Below are positions 39,455 through 49,300 of a stretch of 54,490 nucleotides of DNA, one piece after another; positions within the stretch are counted from its first letter, which is position 1, and each line of letters begins with the position of its first letter. The DNA is taken from assembly GCA_038321865.1 (NCBI GenBank), contig JBBQFH010000020.1:1-54490 (forward strand). The letters are read 5' to 3'. Below the pieces are notes generated by a model that was not told where the DNA came from, did no database searches, and saw only the letters and a program-made list of their open reading frames with translations. The position numbers were made by a program, and so were the translations under genes. This DNA is from Gemmatimonadales bacterium (lineage in GTDB: Bacteria; Gemmatimonadota; Gemmatimonadetes; Gemmatimonadales; GWC2-71-9).

Positions 39455-39541
39455 CGGACAGGGAGGGATTCGAACCCTCGATACCCTTGCGGGTATGCCG
39501 GTTTTCGAGACCGGTTCCTTCAACCACTCGGACACCTGTCC
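39455..39541 (-). tRNA. tRNA-Ser(CGA)
   Basis: GGACAGG acceptor stem, CCGGT-CT-CGA-AA-ACCGG anticodon arm, long variable arm and GTTCGAATCC. Confidence 0.95.
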
Positions 39542-39613
39542 AGGCACCGCGCAACTCACGAGCCGCGGGAAGTTTACATCGCTCGCGCCAAGTTTTCCAG
39601 CGCCGCGGCGATG

Positions 39614-40081
39614 TCACCGCCTGGCGCCGAAAAAGCGCCGGAGCAGTTCCCCGCACTCTTCGGCCAGCAGACCGCTCAGGACCTCCGGCCGATGGTTGAG
39701 GCGGGGCTCCCGGAGCAGATCGAAAACGGAACCCGCCATGCCGCAGCGCCGGTCGGAAGCCCCGAAGACGAGCCGGTCGACCTTCGCAAGCACGATCGCG
39801 CCGGCGCACTGGGCACAGGGCTCCAGCGTGACGTACAGCGTGGCCCCGGTGAGGCGATCGGAGCGCGTCGCGGCGAGCGACCGCTGAATCACCAGCAGCT
39901 CGGCATGCGCCGTGGGGTCGTGGCGTTCGATGGTCTCGTTGTGCGCCTCGCCGAGGATATCACCGTCCCGGATGATCACGGCGCCAACGGGCACTTCCTC
40001 CCGCACCGCGGCGGCGCGAGCCAGCCGCAGCGCCGCAGTCATGCCCATCAGATCTGACGGGGACGGCGTGCCTCTACGCAC
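39614..40081 (-). CDS. tadA: tRNA adenosine(34) deaminase
   Basis: [28 protein letters not shown] and C..LL..FF..RR; start GTG 40081 or ATG 40048. Confidence 0.92.
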   Translation of the reverse strand: MRRGTPSPSDLMGMTAALRLARAAAVREEVPVGAVIIRDGDILGEAHNETIERHDPTAHAELLVIQRSLAATRSDRLTGATLYVTLEPCAQCAGAIVLAKVDRLVFGASDRRCGMAGSVFDLLREPRLNHRPEVLSGLLAEECGELLRRFFGARR

Positions 40082-42695
40082 TCGCCGCCGCCACGAGCGA
40101 TTCCGCCCGCGAGAAGACCAGTCCCTTGTCCCCACGCTCCACCACGACCGTGTCACCATCGTGGTATCGGCCTTCCAGCACCGCCATGGCGAGCGGATTC
40201 TGCAGCTCGCGCTGGATGACGCGCTTGAGCGGCCGGGCGCCGTACACCGGGTCGTAACCCAGGCTGGCAATGAGCTCCCGCGCCTCGGGAGTCACCCGAA
40301 GATGCAGGTGCCGGGCATCCATCATCTTCTCCAGCTTGGTCAGCTGCAGCGCGACGATGTGTGCCAGATCGTCCCGCGAGAGGGGGCGGAACACGATGAC
40401 ATCGTCCACCCGGTTGAGGAACTCGGGTCGGAAGTGGTGTCGCAGCTCGTCGCGCACGCGCGCCTCGACACTTTCCCAGGCCTTCGCGTCGGTCTCGCCC
40501 GAATCGACGATCAGCTGGCTGCCGATGTTCGACGTCATGATGATGACGCTGTTCCGGAAGTCCACCACGCGGCCCTGGCTGTCGGTCAGGCGACCATCAT
40601 CAAGAATCTGCAGCAGGACGTTGAAGACATCGGGATGCGCCTTCTCGATCTCGTCGAACAGGATGACGCTGTACGGCCGCCGCCGCACCGCCTCAGTGAG
40701 CTGGCCGCCTTCTTCGTGCCCGATGTAACCCGGTGGGGCGCCGATCATGCGCGCCACCGAATGCTTTTCCATGTATTCGGACATGTCGAGTCGCACCATC
40801 GCGCGCTCATCGTCGAACAGAAACTCGGCCAGCGCGCGCGCCGTCTCCGTCTTGCCGACGCCCGTGGGCCCGAGGAAGATGAACGAGCCGGTGGGCCGGT
40901 TGACATCCTGCAGCCCGGCCCGGCTCCGCCGCACCGCATTTGCCACGGCTTCGACTGCGGCTGCCTGCCCGACGACACGCCGTCCCAGCTCCGCCTCCAG
41001 CCGCGTAAGGCGGTCACGGTCGGACTCGAGCATCTTGGCGACCGGAATCCCGGTCCAGCGCGCGACGATCTCCGCGATATCCTCGGAATCCACCTCCTCG
41101 CGCAGGTACTTCGCCTTCGACTGCACTTCCTGCAGGCGTGACTGGTCTTCGGCGAGCTTGCGCTCGAGCTCGGGAATGCGTCCGTAGCGCAGCTCCGCCG
41201 CCTTCTGCAGGTCGCCGCGCCGGGTGGCCTGATCGACCTCGCCACGGAGCGACTCCACCTCGGCCTTGATCTGCTGCAGCTCGCCGATCGCGCTCTTCTC
41301 CGACTGCCACTGTGCCTTCATGCCGGCGGAGCGCTCGCGCAGCTCCGCGATCTCGTGCTCGACGGCGGCGCGCCGTTCGCGGCCGGCCTTGTCCTTCTCC
41401 TTGAGCAGGGACTGGCGCTCGATCTCCAGCTGCACGATCCGGCGCTCGACTTCGTCGATCTCCTGCGGCAGGCTGTCGATTTCGATCCGCAGCCGGCTCG
41501 CGGCCTCGTCGATCAGGTCGATCGCCTTGTCCGGCAGGAAGCGGTCCCCGATGTACCGGTCCGACAGCGTGGCGGCCGCGACGATCGCGTTGTCGGTGAT
41601 CCGGACGCCGTGGTGAACCTCGTATTTCTCCTTGAGGCCGCGCAGAATGGCGATGGTATCGGCAACGCTGGGCTCACCGACCAGCACCGGCTGAAATCGC
41701 CGCTCCAGGGCGGGGTCCTTCTCCACATGCTTCCGGTACTCGTCGAGCGTCGTCGCGCCGACCACATGCAGTTCACCCCGGGCGAGCGCCGGCTTGAGCA
41801 TGTTGGACGCATCGACCGCCCCTTCGGCCGCGCCGGCGCCGACGATCGTGTGCAGCTCGTCGATGAACACCACGTAGCGGCCCTGCGCCTCGACCAGTTC
41901 CTTCACCACCGACTTGAGGCGTTCCTCGAACTCGCCGCGGTACTTGGCGCCCGCCAGCAGCTGTCCGATGTCCAGCGACACGAGCTCGCGATTCCGGAGC
42001 GACTCGGGCACGTCACCGTTGACGATCCGCTGGGCGAGGCCTTCGACGATCGCCGTCTTCCCCACTCCGGGCTCGCCGATCAGGACCGGGTTGTTCTTGG
42101 TCCGGCGTGAAAGCACCTGCATGACCCGGCGCACCTCTTCATCCCGGCCAATGACGGGATCCAGCTTTCCCTTCCGGGCGAGCTCGGTCAGGTTTCGGGT
42201 ATAGCGTTCCAGCGACTGGTACTTGTCCTCCGGCGCCTGATCGGTCACGCGGTGCGAGCCTCGCACGCCCTCGAGGGCCTCGCGCAGGTCCGCCGCGCTG
42301 ACCCCCTGCGTCGTGATCAGCTCGCGCGCCGTCGTGCCCTTCTCCTCGGCCAGGGCGAGCAGCAGGTGTTCCGTCGAGATGTACGCATCCCCAAGCTGCT
42401 TCGCCTCCTGCTCGGCGCGATCGAACACCTTGTTCAGCTCGCGACTGTAGGTCGGTTCGCCGCCGCCACTCTGGGACGGAAACCGCGCCAGCTCGCGCTG
42501 CGTCGACTCCCCGAGCGCGGCCACGTTGAGACCGGCCTTCTGCAGGAGCGGCTGCACCACGCCTTCGTCCTGCGCCAGCAGCGCCGCGAAGAGATGCGCG
42601 TCGTTCACCACCGGATTGCCCCGCGTACGGGCGAGCTCCCCCGCGTCGCGAAACGCTTCCTGGCCCTTGATCGTCAGTCGCTCCGGCCTGATCAT
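40074..42695 (-). CDS. clpB: ATP-dependent disaggregase ClpB
   Basis: Two AAA modules ([16 protein letters not shown]) and a coiled-coil M-domain (AAELRYG.IP). Confidence 0.97.
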   Translation of the reverse strand: MIRPERLTIKGQEAFRDAGELARTRGNPVVNDAHLFAALLAQDEGVVQPLLQKAGLNVAALGESTQRELARFPSQSGGGEPTYSRELNKVFDRAEQEAKQLGDAYISTEHLLLALAEEKGTTARELITTQGVSAADLREALEGVRGSHRVTDQAPEDKYQSLERYTRNLTELARKGKLDPVIGRDEEVRRVMQVLSRRTKNNPVLIGEPGVGKTAIVEGLAQRIVNGDVPESLRNRELVSLDIGQLLAGAKYRGEFEERLKSVVKELVEAQGRYVVFIDELHTIVGAGAAEGAVDASNMLKPALARGELHVVGATTLDEYRKHVEKDPALERRFQPVLVGEPSVADTIAILRGLKEKYEVHHGVRITDNAIVAAATLSDRYIGDRFLPDKAIDLIDEAASRLRIEIDSLPQEIDEVERRIVQLEIERQSLLKEKDKAGRERRAAVEHEIAELRERSAGMKAQWQSEKSAIGELQQIKAEVESLRGEVDQATRRGDLQKAAELRYGRIPELERKLAEDQSRLQEVQSKAKYLREEVDSEDIAEIVARWTGIPVAKMLESDRDRLTRLEAELGRRVVGQAAAVEAVANAVRRSRAGLQDVNRPTGSFIFLGPTGVGKTETARALAEFLFDDERAMVRLDMSEYMEKHSVARMIGAPPGYIGHEEGGQLTEAVRRRPYSVILFDEIEKAHPDVFNVLLQILDDGRLTDSQGRVVDFRNSVIIMTSNIGSQLIVDSGETDAKAWESVEARVRDELRHHFRPEFLNRVDDVIVFRPLSRDDLAHIVALQLTKLEKMMDARHLHLRVTPEARELIASLGYDPVYGARPLKRVIQRELQNPLAMAVLEGRYHDGDTVVVERGDKGLVFSRAESLVAAASA

Positions 42696-42744
42696 CTCAT
42701 GCTCCTCGCTTCGGATCCAGGCAATGTCGCGTCACCCGCTGCAG

Positions 42745-42780
42745 GCAAGCGCGATGCCGGGAAACGCTGCCACTTTGGCA
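42745..42780 (-). promoter_or_regulatory. Putative sigma54 promoter plus upstream palindrome for clpB
   Basis: CCGGCATCGCGCTTGC (GG-N10-GC) on the minus strand; TGCCA-CTT-TGGCA at 42768-42780. Confidence 0.5.
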
Positions 42781-42827
42781 ATGGCGAAAAGCGCGGCCGC
42801 CAGTTCGAGCGGACCGCGCTTCCTGCG

Positions 42828-43265
42828 TCACTTCGCACTGGTGACGCGCCGCTGCACGATCATGCGCCTCGTGTAGGGCCGCCCATCCACAATCAGCCGG
42901 CACCAGTAGACGCCGGTCGTCACATCCCGCTGGCCGTCGAGGTACTTCCCATCCCAGAATGCCTTGTAGCTGCCACAGTTGAGCCGGATGCCCTCGAGCC
43001 GCTGCGGCTGATCCTCGGCCACCGCCGGAATGGCGACGACCTGGGCGATCACATTCAGCACTTCCAGCCTCACCCGGGGGCGATAGCCCCGATTGCACAC
43101 CTCCGCGCGAATCTCGAAGGGGATGGTCGTCGACGGATAAAACGGGTTGGGGTAGTTCTCCTTCAGCTCGACGGGAGGGACCGAGTCCCTGATCTGTGCC
43201 GCGGCGGGCGGACCTGCCCCGACCAGAAGCCCGAGCCACCACCCCGGCCACGCATAGCGCACCAT
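42828..43265 (-). CDS. Stand-alone T9SS type A CTD / FlgD-Ig-like secreted protein
   Basis: Signal peptide, then ENYPNPF.P.TTI.F, WDG and GVY..RL; AGGAG SD. Confidence 0.75.
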   Translation of the reverse strand: MVRYAWPGWWLGLLVGAGPPAAAQIRDSVPPVELKENYPNPFYPSTTIPFEIRAEVCNRGYRPRVRLEVLNVIAQVVAIPAVAEDQPQRLEGIRLNCGSYKAFWDGKYLDGQRDVTTGVYWCRLIVDGRPYTRRMIVQRRVTSAK

Positions 43266-43484
43266 GTGGGCTCCTTCCTGACGGAAAGGGTTAAGGTGGT
43301 GGCACCTCCATGAAAGTAGTGTCGCAAATACACTTACGCGGCTGACCTAAAATGCGTTGGAAGCGGATCGAGTGTCAAGCCGGCCTCGCCGCGGGCTTAC
43401 CCGACGGCGCGGCTCCGGGTAGGTTTCAGGGTCGCACCCTACGCTACTATTCATCACCCGGCGGACGCGCCGGCAGAACGGTTT

Positions 43485-43868
43485 ATGGCCCACCCCGCCC
43501 GGCGAGTCTTCGGCAAACCAACCGCCCTCATCGTGGACGACGACCCGGCGATCCTTGCCATCATGGCGCGTGCGCTCGAAGCCGACGGGTATCGCACCAT
43601 CGTGGCAGGGGACGGGCGCGAGGCGCTGCGCCGGCTGGCCGACGAGGAAGCGGACGTCGCTGTCATCGTGGCCGATCTGCAGATGCCGCACCTGGATGGC
43701 CGCATGCTCGCGGCCCATCTCGCCGAGCGGCACAGCGCCCCTCCGATCCTGTTCGTGTCCGGCTACGATGCACCGGGCGGCTCGGGGCAGCTGCCCGGCC
43801 CATTCCTGGCCAAACCGTTCACTCCGGAGCTGCTTCGGCGGCGGGTACGCGAGCTGCTGGGCCGCTAG
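43485..43868 (+). CDS. Single-domain response regulator (receiver only)
   Basis: IVDDD, ADLQMP..DG, VSGY and LAKPF. Confidence 0.9.
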   Translation: MAHPARRVFGKPTALIVDDDPAILAIMARALEADGYRTIVAGDGREALRRLADEEADVAVIVADLQMPHLDGRMLAAHLAERHSAPPILFVSGYDAPGGSGQLPGPFLAKPFTPELLRRRVRELLGR

Positions 43869-45729
43869 CCTCGAACCGGGGTGGCCGCCGGCTGGCCGGG
43901 CGCAGGAGGCGCACGTCCCCGGATCGCATCGTGACCCCCGCGGCATCGGCCCACTCGAGCAGCGGGATCAGATACTTGCGGCTGAGGCTCAGCCGATCCC
44001 GCACCATCCCGACCGTGATCTCGCCTTCGCTTCCCAGCTCGACCAGCGCATCCACGAAGCGGTTCAATGCGGCCCGGCCGAAGTACCGCTCCCGTTCTAC
44101 CGCCTCGATGAGCCCAGCCGCGGCCGCCAGCCGGAGTGACGTTCGCGCGTCGGGGCGCTTGAGTTGGGCGACGAGCTCATCCGTCGTCGGCGGCGTCAGG
44201 CCGGCCGCCTCCACCAGGCCTGCCACTCTTTCGATCTCTCCCGCGCTTCCCGCTCCCGAAATACGAAACCCGGGCAGGCGGACCAACGCGCCATCGGCAA
44301 GCAGCGTGCGGCGCTCCACCGCGAGCGCGAGCGCCGCATTCGCCAGCCACGCCGGAACCCGGAGTGCCTGGCGGACGGTCTCGCCCGGCATGCCCGGCTC
44401 CGCGGCGTTTGCGCCGTGATAGTCTGAGACGATGGTGGCGACCCGAGCCGCCAGCGACGCGATCGAGTCACCGCCGATCCAATGGTCCCCGACACGGACA
44501 AGGGCGCCGTCCGCCTGGGCCGCCGCGGCACACTCCGCCGGCGAGAGGCCCACGAGCACCGGCAGGGCGCGGGCGGCCACCCCGTGCCGGCGTCGCAGCA
44601 CGAGCGCCCCGAGCCGCCGGGCGAGGTCCGGCTCGGTCAGCTGCTCGAGCCAGGCGGCGCCGCGGAGGGGTGGTGCGGGATCAAGCACCTCGCCGCCACC
44701 GATAGTGCTCACCGGGCTGAAGCTCCGCAGCACGAAGCGATCGCCGCCCCTGGCGACGATGGCCTGCTCCACCGTCAGCCGGGCGACCCCGCTCCCGCCC
44801 GCCGCCACCGCTGCGCGGGGCGAGATCCATCCGATCCACTCGCCCGTACCCAGGTGGATCCGGACGCGCTGCCGGCGCCGGAGAGGCCGGGCGGCCGTGG
44901 AGGCGAGCTCGACTCGCACATCGAGAACCCGAGACACGATCCACGGCGCGTCGGCCGATACCGCGATGTCTCCCCGATGAATCTCGGCGCGCTCCAGACC
45001 CGCGAGCCCGATCGCCGTCCTCGAGCCCGGCTTGACGGCGGCGGCTGAGCCGTGCGATTCGATCGACCGCACCCTGGCGTCGCGGCCCGACGGAAGGATC
45101 CGAATCGTTTCGCCCACACTCGTCGCGCCAGACCAGCAGGTCCCGGTGATGATCGTGCCGATGCCGTCCACGGAGAACGCGCGGTCAATGGGCAGGCGGA
45201 AGAGATCGTCGCGCGGCCGGGCGGGAATCGACGCCAGGCGCATCAGCAGGCGCCGGCGCAGGTCGGCAAGGCCGTCCCCGCTGCGTACCGAGACCGCCGC
45301 TGGGCGCTCGAAGGGGACGCGCGAGAGTGCCAGTCGCTCGGCGAGATCGGCGACGACGAGGTCGAGCCACTCCGGTTCTACCAGGTCGATCTTGGTCAGC
45401 ACCGGAATGCCTGCCGGGACGCCCAGCTGCTCGAGCACGAGCAGATGCTCGAGCGTCTGCGGCATGATGCCCTCGTCCGCCGCGACGACCAGCAGCGCCA
45501 GGTCCACGCCGGACGCACCCGCCACCATGGTGCGGATGAAGTCCTCGTGCCCCGGCACATCCACCACGCCGGCCATCCGTCCGTCATCGAGTGGGAACGG
45601 CGCGAAGCCCAGATCAATCGTGATCCCGCGCTCCTGCTCCTCGGCCAGCCGGTCCATGCGGTGGCCGGTCAGGGCGGCCACCAGCGACGATTTGCCGTGA
45701 TCGATGTGGCCGGCCGTGCCGACGATCAT
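43819..45729 (-). CDS. selB: Selenocysteine-specific elongation factor
   Basis: GTAGHIDHGKS, ERGITIDLGF, DVPGHEDF, RLPIDRAF.V.G.GT, GDRFVLR and C-terminal winged-helix SRKYLIPLLE..D. Confidence 0.94.
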   Translation of the reverse strand: MIVGTAGHIDHGKSSLVAALTGHRMDRLAEEQERGITIDLGFAPFPLDDGRMAGVVDVPGHEDFIRTMVAGASGVDLALLVVAADEGIMPQTLEHLLVLEQLGVPAGIPVLTKIDLVEPEWLDLVVADLAERLALSRVPFERPAAVSVRSGDGLADLRRRLLMRLASIPARPRDDLFRLPIDRAFSVDGIGTIITGTCWSGATSVGETIRILPSGRDARVRSIESHGSAAAVKPGSRTAIGLAGLERAEIHRGDIAVSADAPWIVSRVLDVRVELASTAARPLRRRQRVRIHLGTGEWIGWISPRAAVAAGGSGVARLTVEQAIVARGGDRFVLRSFSPVSTIGGGEVLDPAPPLRGAAWLEQLTEPDLARRLGALVLRRRHGVAARALPVLVGLSPAECAAAAQADGALVRVGDHWIGGDSIASLAARVATIVSDYHGANAAEPGMPGETVRQALRVPAWLANAALALAVERRTLLADGALVRLPGFRISGAGSAGEIERVAGLVEAAGLTPPTTDELVAQLKRPDARTSLRLAAAAGLIEAVERERYFGRAALNRFVDALVELGSEGEITVGMVRDRLSLSRKYLIPLLEWADAAGVTMRSGDVRLLRPASRRPPRFEASGPAARVPAAEAAPE

Positions 45730-46487
45730 GCCGCCGTCCAGGGGCGCCGTTCCCAGAAATCGAGGGCCGGGAGCACCGCACCTTCACCCAGATGATACCG
45801 GATGAACCGGGAGACGAGCCGGCGGTGGGCCGCGGCGTGCCGCGAGTCGAGCAGCGGGGGCGGCGATGCGAGATCGAGCAGCGCGTCGAGGTCGGCGCGG
45901 GCTTCCGACGGCAGCGTCGTCACGGCGTGGTCCGCCGCACACGACGGGCAGAGGGCCCCGCCCTCCCGCGTACTGAAGGCGAGCGGCCCGGCAGGATCGA
46001 GCAGCGTTCCGTCACGTACGCACGCGTCGAGCGAGGGAGAAAATCCCAGCGAGCCGACGAGCGCCCAGAGCAGGCGCAGCCCGGTGGTCTCAACCCGCTC
46101 GGCCGGGACCTGCTCGAGGAGGTCCAGCGCGTCGCGCAGCAAATCGAAACTGTCCGGATGGGGATCGGGCGGCGCGAATCGCAGCATGACCTCGCCCAGT
46201 GATGACGCTGCCGCGTATCGCTCGAGCTGCTCGGCGAGACCGATGCGCACGCGGCCGACGTCGAACGCGGTGAGCAGCTGAAGCTCCCGGTTTTCCCTGA
46301 CGAGCAGATGGGCAATGCCGTCGCTTAGCAGCTGCAGCCCTCCGCCAAACCGGCTCCTGGGCCGCGACGCCCCCTTGGCGATCGCTGATTGCACGCCGCA
46401 CTCCCGCGTGGCCAGGCGTACGATCTTCGATGTTTCGCTGTAGCGCAGCGACGAGAGCACGACGGCCGGCGTGGTAACGAGGGACAT
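45726..46487 (-). CDS. recO: DNA repair protein RecO
   Basis: Y.ETSKIV.L.TR..G...AIAKGA.RP.SRF, LG..P.L..C and GG.LC..C. Confidence 0.92.
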   Translation of the reverse strand: MSLVTTPAVVLSSLRYSETSKIVRLATRECGVQSAIAKGASRPRSRFGGGLQLLSDGIAHLLVRENRELQLLTAFDVGRVRIGLAEQLERYAAASSLGEVMLRFAPPDPHPDSFDLLRDALDLLEQVPAERVETTGLRLLWALVGSLGFSPSLDACVRDGTLLDPAGPLAFSTREGGALCPSCAADHAVTTLPSEARADLDALLDLASPPPLLDSRHAAAHRRLVSRFIRYHLGEGAVLPALDFWERRPWTAA

Positions 46488-46535
46488 GCCGAAATCTATC
46501 CGGTCGATGTGTCCGACGGGCTCGCACCGCGCTGC

Positions 46536-48497
46536 TCAGAAATCGAGACGGGCGCCCGCCAGCAACCCTCGCCTCCGGCCGGGAAAGCCGACGACGGACT
46601 CGTATGCGGCGTTGAACAGGTTCTCCACCCGGGCCGTAAGTGCGAGACTCGGCCGGCTCGGGCCCGTGAGGACGGTGATTGCCGCCGCCACTTCGATGGT
46701 ATGATAGGCAGGGAGCGTCACGCGCTCCGCCGGAAACGGGCGAAAATCCACGTCGTCCCGCCGGCCGACGAAGTTCGCATTGGCAAACAGGCTGACGCGC
46801 TCCTGCGGCCGCAGGTGCAGGCCGACCCGACCGGTGTGCGCCGGCCGCCGCACCAGCTGCTCTCCAAGGGCAAAGACCGGCGACGCGCTCGCACCGGCGT
46901 CCGTTACGCGGGTCCGGAGCCAGGTGTACTGCGCGACGAGCGTGAGCCCACGGATCGGAACCGAGCTCGCGGTGAATTCGAGGCCTCTCGATCGCGCCGC
47001 GGCGAGATTGGCATAGGTCGGCTCCCCCGGCGCCGCCGAGAGATACTGGATGAGCTGGCGGAACCGCTGATCGAAGTAGGTGGCGCCAACGGTGACCGCA
47101 CGGCGCGCCAGCGACTGCTCCGCGCCGACTTCCCAGCTGTTCGAGCGCTCGGGGCGAAGGTTCGGATCCCCGACTTCGAATGGGCTGACCGCGAAGTTCT
47201 CCGAGAAGGTTGGCGCCTTGTACGCGTTCCCGGCCGACGCCCGGACCCGCGTGCCGCCCAGCCGCACGCTCGCACCGGTGCGATACGTCACGAACGTGCC
47301 GAACGCGCTGTTGTCGTCGAGCCGTGCACCAGCGTCAAGCGAGGCATGGTGGCCGAGCTCCGCAGCCGCCTCCGCATACCCTGCCCAGGTGTGCCGGGCC
47401 GCATCGAACACATTCGCGTCGGTTGCGGGGCCCCCGCCGAAATCGGAGGACGTCTGGCTCGACTGCCGCTCCCGCTCGAGCTCGAGCTGGCTTCCGGCCG
47501 TAAGCGACAGCCCCGGCTGAGGCCGGAAGACCAATCGTGCGTCGGCACTGCGTCGTGACGTGCTGGCCAGCCGATCCGACGCGAAGGCGAATCCGGTGCT
47601 ATCGGCCGGACCGTCCGGTCGATCGTCGAATGCGTCATCAGTGGCGTGCAGCGCCAGGCCCAGCCGCGCGGTCAGCCGCGACGCCAGGCGCCGGCCGGCG
47701 TCGAGGCCGATCGTCACGCCATCGCCGTTCGAAACCTGGTTGCTGTCGACCGCATTGCCCGAGCCATCGGTCGGAAACCGATACGTGCGGTCGGCGTACC
47801 GGATCGTCACGGCGGCGTCGGTCAGCGAGTCCGGGCGCGCATCCATCCGGGCATCGAGGGTGGTGTTCCGGTAGTGGCTGTTGAACGCATAGCTGCCGCG
47901 CGTGTTGATCCGGGCAATCCCGACCGAGTATCCAGCCCTGGCATCCCCACCCGAAACGCTGGCGTCGAGGGTGCTCGCGCCGAGCGTGCCCCCCTGCGCT
48001 GCGGCCGTGCCGTGCGCCCGACCGATGCCACGGCGGGTGAATATCTGGACCACGCCGGTCACCGCGTCCGAGCCATAGATCACGCTGGCCGGGCCGTGCA
48101 CTACCTCGATCCGTTCCACATCGGCGGTGGTGAGGTCCGAGAAGTCGAACGCGCCGCCGGACTGGTTCATCGGCACGCCGTCTACCAGCACCTTCACGTA
48201 GTTGCTGTTTCCTCCCCGAAGGAACAGCGAGGTCAGCCCGCCGAACGACCCGACCTGAACGACCGCGGCCCCCGGAACGTCGCGGAGCGCGTCGAGGACG
48301 AACCGGGTGCCGCGAGCTCGCAGCTCGTCGCCGGTAATCACCGTCGTGGCGGATGTCACCCGATCGACCGGCGCCGCGCGCCTGGACGGTGTGATGACCA
48401 CCGGGGCCAGCTCGACGGTATCGGCGGGCTGCTGGGCCCGCGCCGCCGGCACGGCGATCAGCATCGTGATCACGGCGGCATACAGCTGACGGGTCAT
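46536..48497 (-). CDS. btuB: TonB-dependent receptor, probably the cobalamin receptor BtuB
   Basis: Plug motifs LRGG, VLVDG and ERIEV..GP.S.IYGSDA..GVV; C-terminal F; lies in the riboswitch-controlled operon. Confidence 0.82.
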   Translation of the reverse strand: MTRQLYAAVITMLIAVPAARAQQPADTVELAPVVITPSRRAAPVDRVTSATTVITGDELRARGTRFVLDALRDVPGAAVVQVGSFGGLTSLFLRGGNSNYVKVLVDGVPMNQSGGAFDFSDLTTADVERIEVVHGPASVIYGSDAVTGVVQIFTRRGIGRAHGTAAAQGGTLGASTLDASVSGGDARAGYSVGIARINTRGSYAFNSHYRNTTLDARMDARPDSLTDAAVTIRYADRTYRFPTDGSGNAVDSNQVSNGDGVTIGLDAGRRLASRLTARLGLALHATDDAFDDRPDGPADSTGFAFASDRLASTSRRSADARLVFRPQPGLSLTAGSQLELERERQSSQTSSDFGGGPATDANVFDAARHTWAGYAEAAAELGHHASLDAGARLDDNSAFGTFVTYRTGASVRLGGTRVRASAGNAYKAPTFSENFAVSPFEVGDPNLRPERSNSWEVGAEQSLARRAVTVGATYFDQRFRQLIQYLSAAPGEPTYANLAAARSRGLEFTASSVPIRGLTLVAQYTWLRTRVTDAGASASPVFALGEQLVRRPAHTGRVGLHLRPQERVSLFANANFVGRRDDVDFRPFPAERVTLPAYHTIEVAAAITVLTGPSRPSLALTARVENLFNAAYESVVGFPGRRRGLLAGARLDF

Positions 48498-49300
48498 GGT
48501 TTGCCAGACTCGGTGGAAGATTCCGCGGGGCGGAGGGGAATGACCTGCGGGGACCCGTCACACCAGGTCGTGACGGCGACTGGCCAGCCGAACACCCGAC
48601 TGATGACGTCGCGGTCGAGGACCTCGTTCGGGCGGCCGGTACGGACGACCCGCCCCTGATCGAGCAGGAGCATGCGATCGGCGAAACGGGACGCGAGGTT
48701 GAGCTCGTGCGTGATGACAATGCCGGCCAGGCCGTCATCCACGAGCTGCCGCACGAGCTCGAACAACTCCATCTCATGCCGGACGTCGAGCGAGACAGTG
48801 GGCTCGTCCAGGATGAGTACCCGCGGCTCCTGGGCGATTGCCCGTGCCAGCCGCACGCGCTGCCATTCGCCGCCCGAGAGCTCGTCCACGCGCCGATGCG
48901 CCAGCTGGGTCGCATCGCAGCGGGCGAGCGCGCGCGCCACGGCGTCGCGGTCGCCCGGCTGGGCCGGGGCCGTCGGACCCAGCCGGGCGTACCGCCCCAG
49001 CATGACCATCTCGCGGACGCGAAGCGGGAACACGATCTCCTCGCGCTGCGGGACGACCCCGACTTCGCGAGCCAGCGCGTCGCGCGCCCACCCGCCCACC
49101 GGGCGCCCGCCAATGAGGGCAACACCGCGCCGGAGGGGCAGCAGGCCCAGCAGTGCCCGGAGCAGCGTCGTCTTTCCGCTGCCGTTCGGCCCCGTGACGG
49201 CGAGCAGCTCCCCTGGCTCGGCGCCGAACGAAACGCCCTCCAGCGCGTCGGCCGGTGCGCTTCGATAGCGGACGGTGAGATCCCGCGCCTCGATGATCAT
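48494..49300 (-). CDS. btuD: Cobalamin/iron-siderophore ABC transporter ATPase
   Basis: GPNGSGKT, LSGGE.QR, LDEPT and HELNLA. Confidence 0.82.
   Translation of the reverse strand: MIIEARDLTVRYRSAPADALEGVSFGAEPGELLAVTGPNGSGKTTLLRALLGLLPLRRGVALIGGRPVGGWARDALAREVGVVPQREEIVFPLRVREMVMLGRYARLGPTAPAQPGDRDAVARALARCDATQLAHRRVDELSGGEWQRVRLARAIAQEPRVLILDEPTVSLDVRHEMELFELVRQLVDDGLAGIVITHELNLASRFADRMLLLDQGRVVRTGRPNEVLDRDVISRVFGWPVAVTTWCDGSPQVIPLRPAESSTESGKP

Noticed and set aside
38036..39541. Long-variable-arm tRNAs as possible tRNA-Sec, given selB nearby
   Set aside because: The anticodons are GGA and CGA with 7-bp acceptor stems, so both are ordinary tRNA-Ser.
43266..43484. AT-richer intergenic region as a possible ncRNA
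   Set aside because: It is adequately explained as a divergent promoter region (TTGACA on the minus strand at 43373-43378); no recognisable RNA family.
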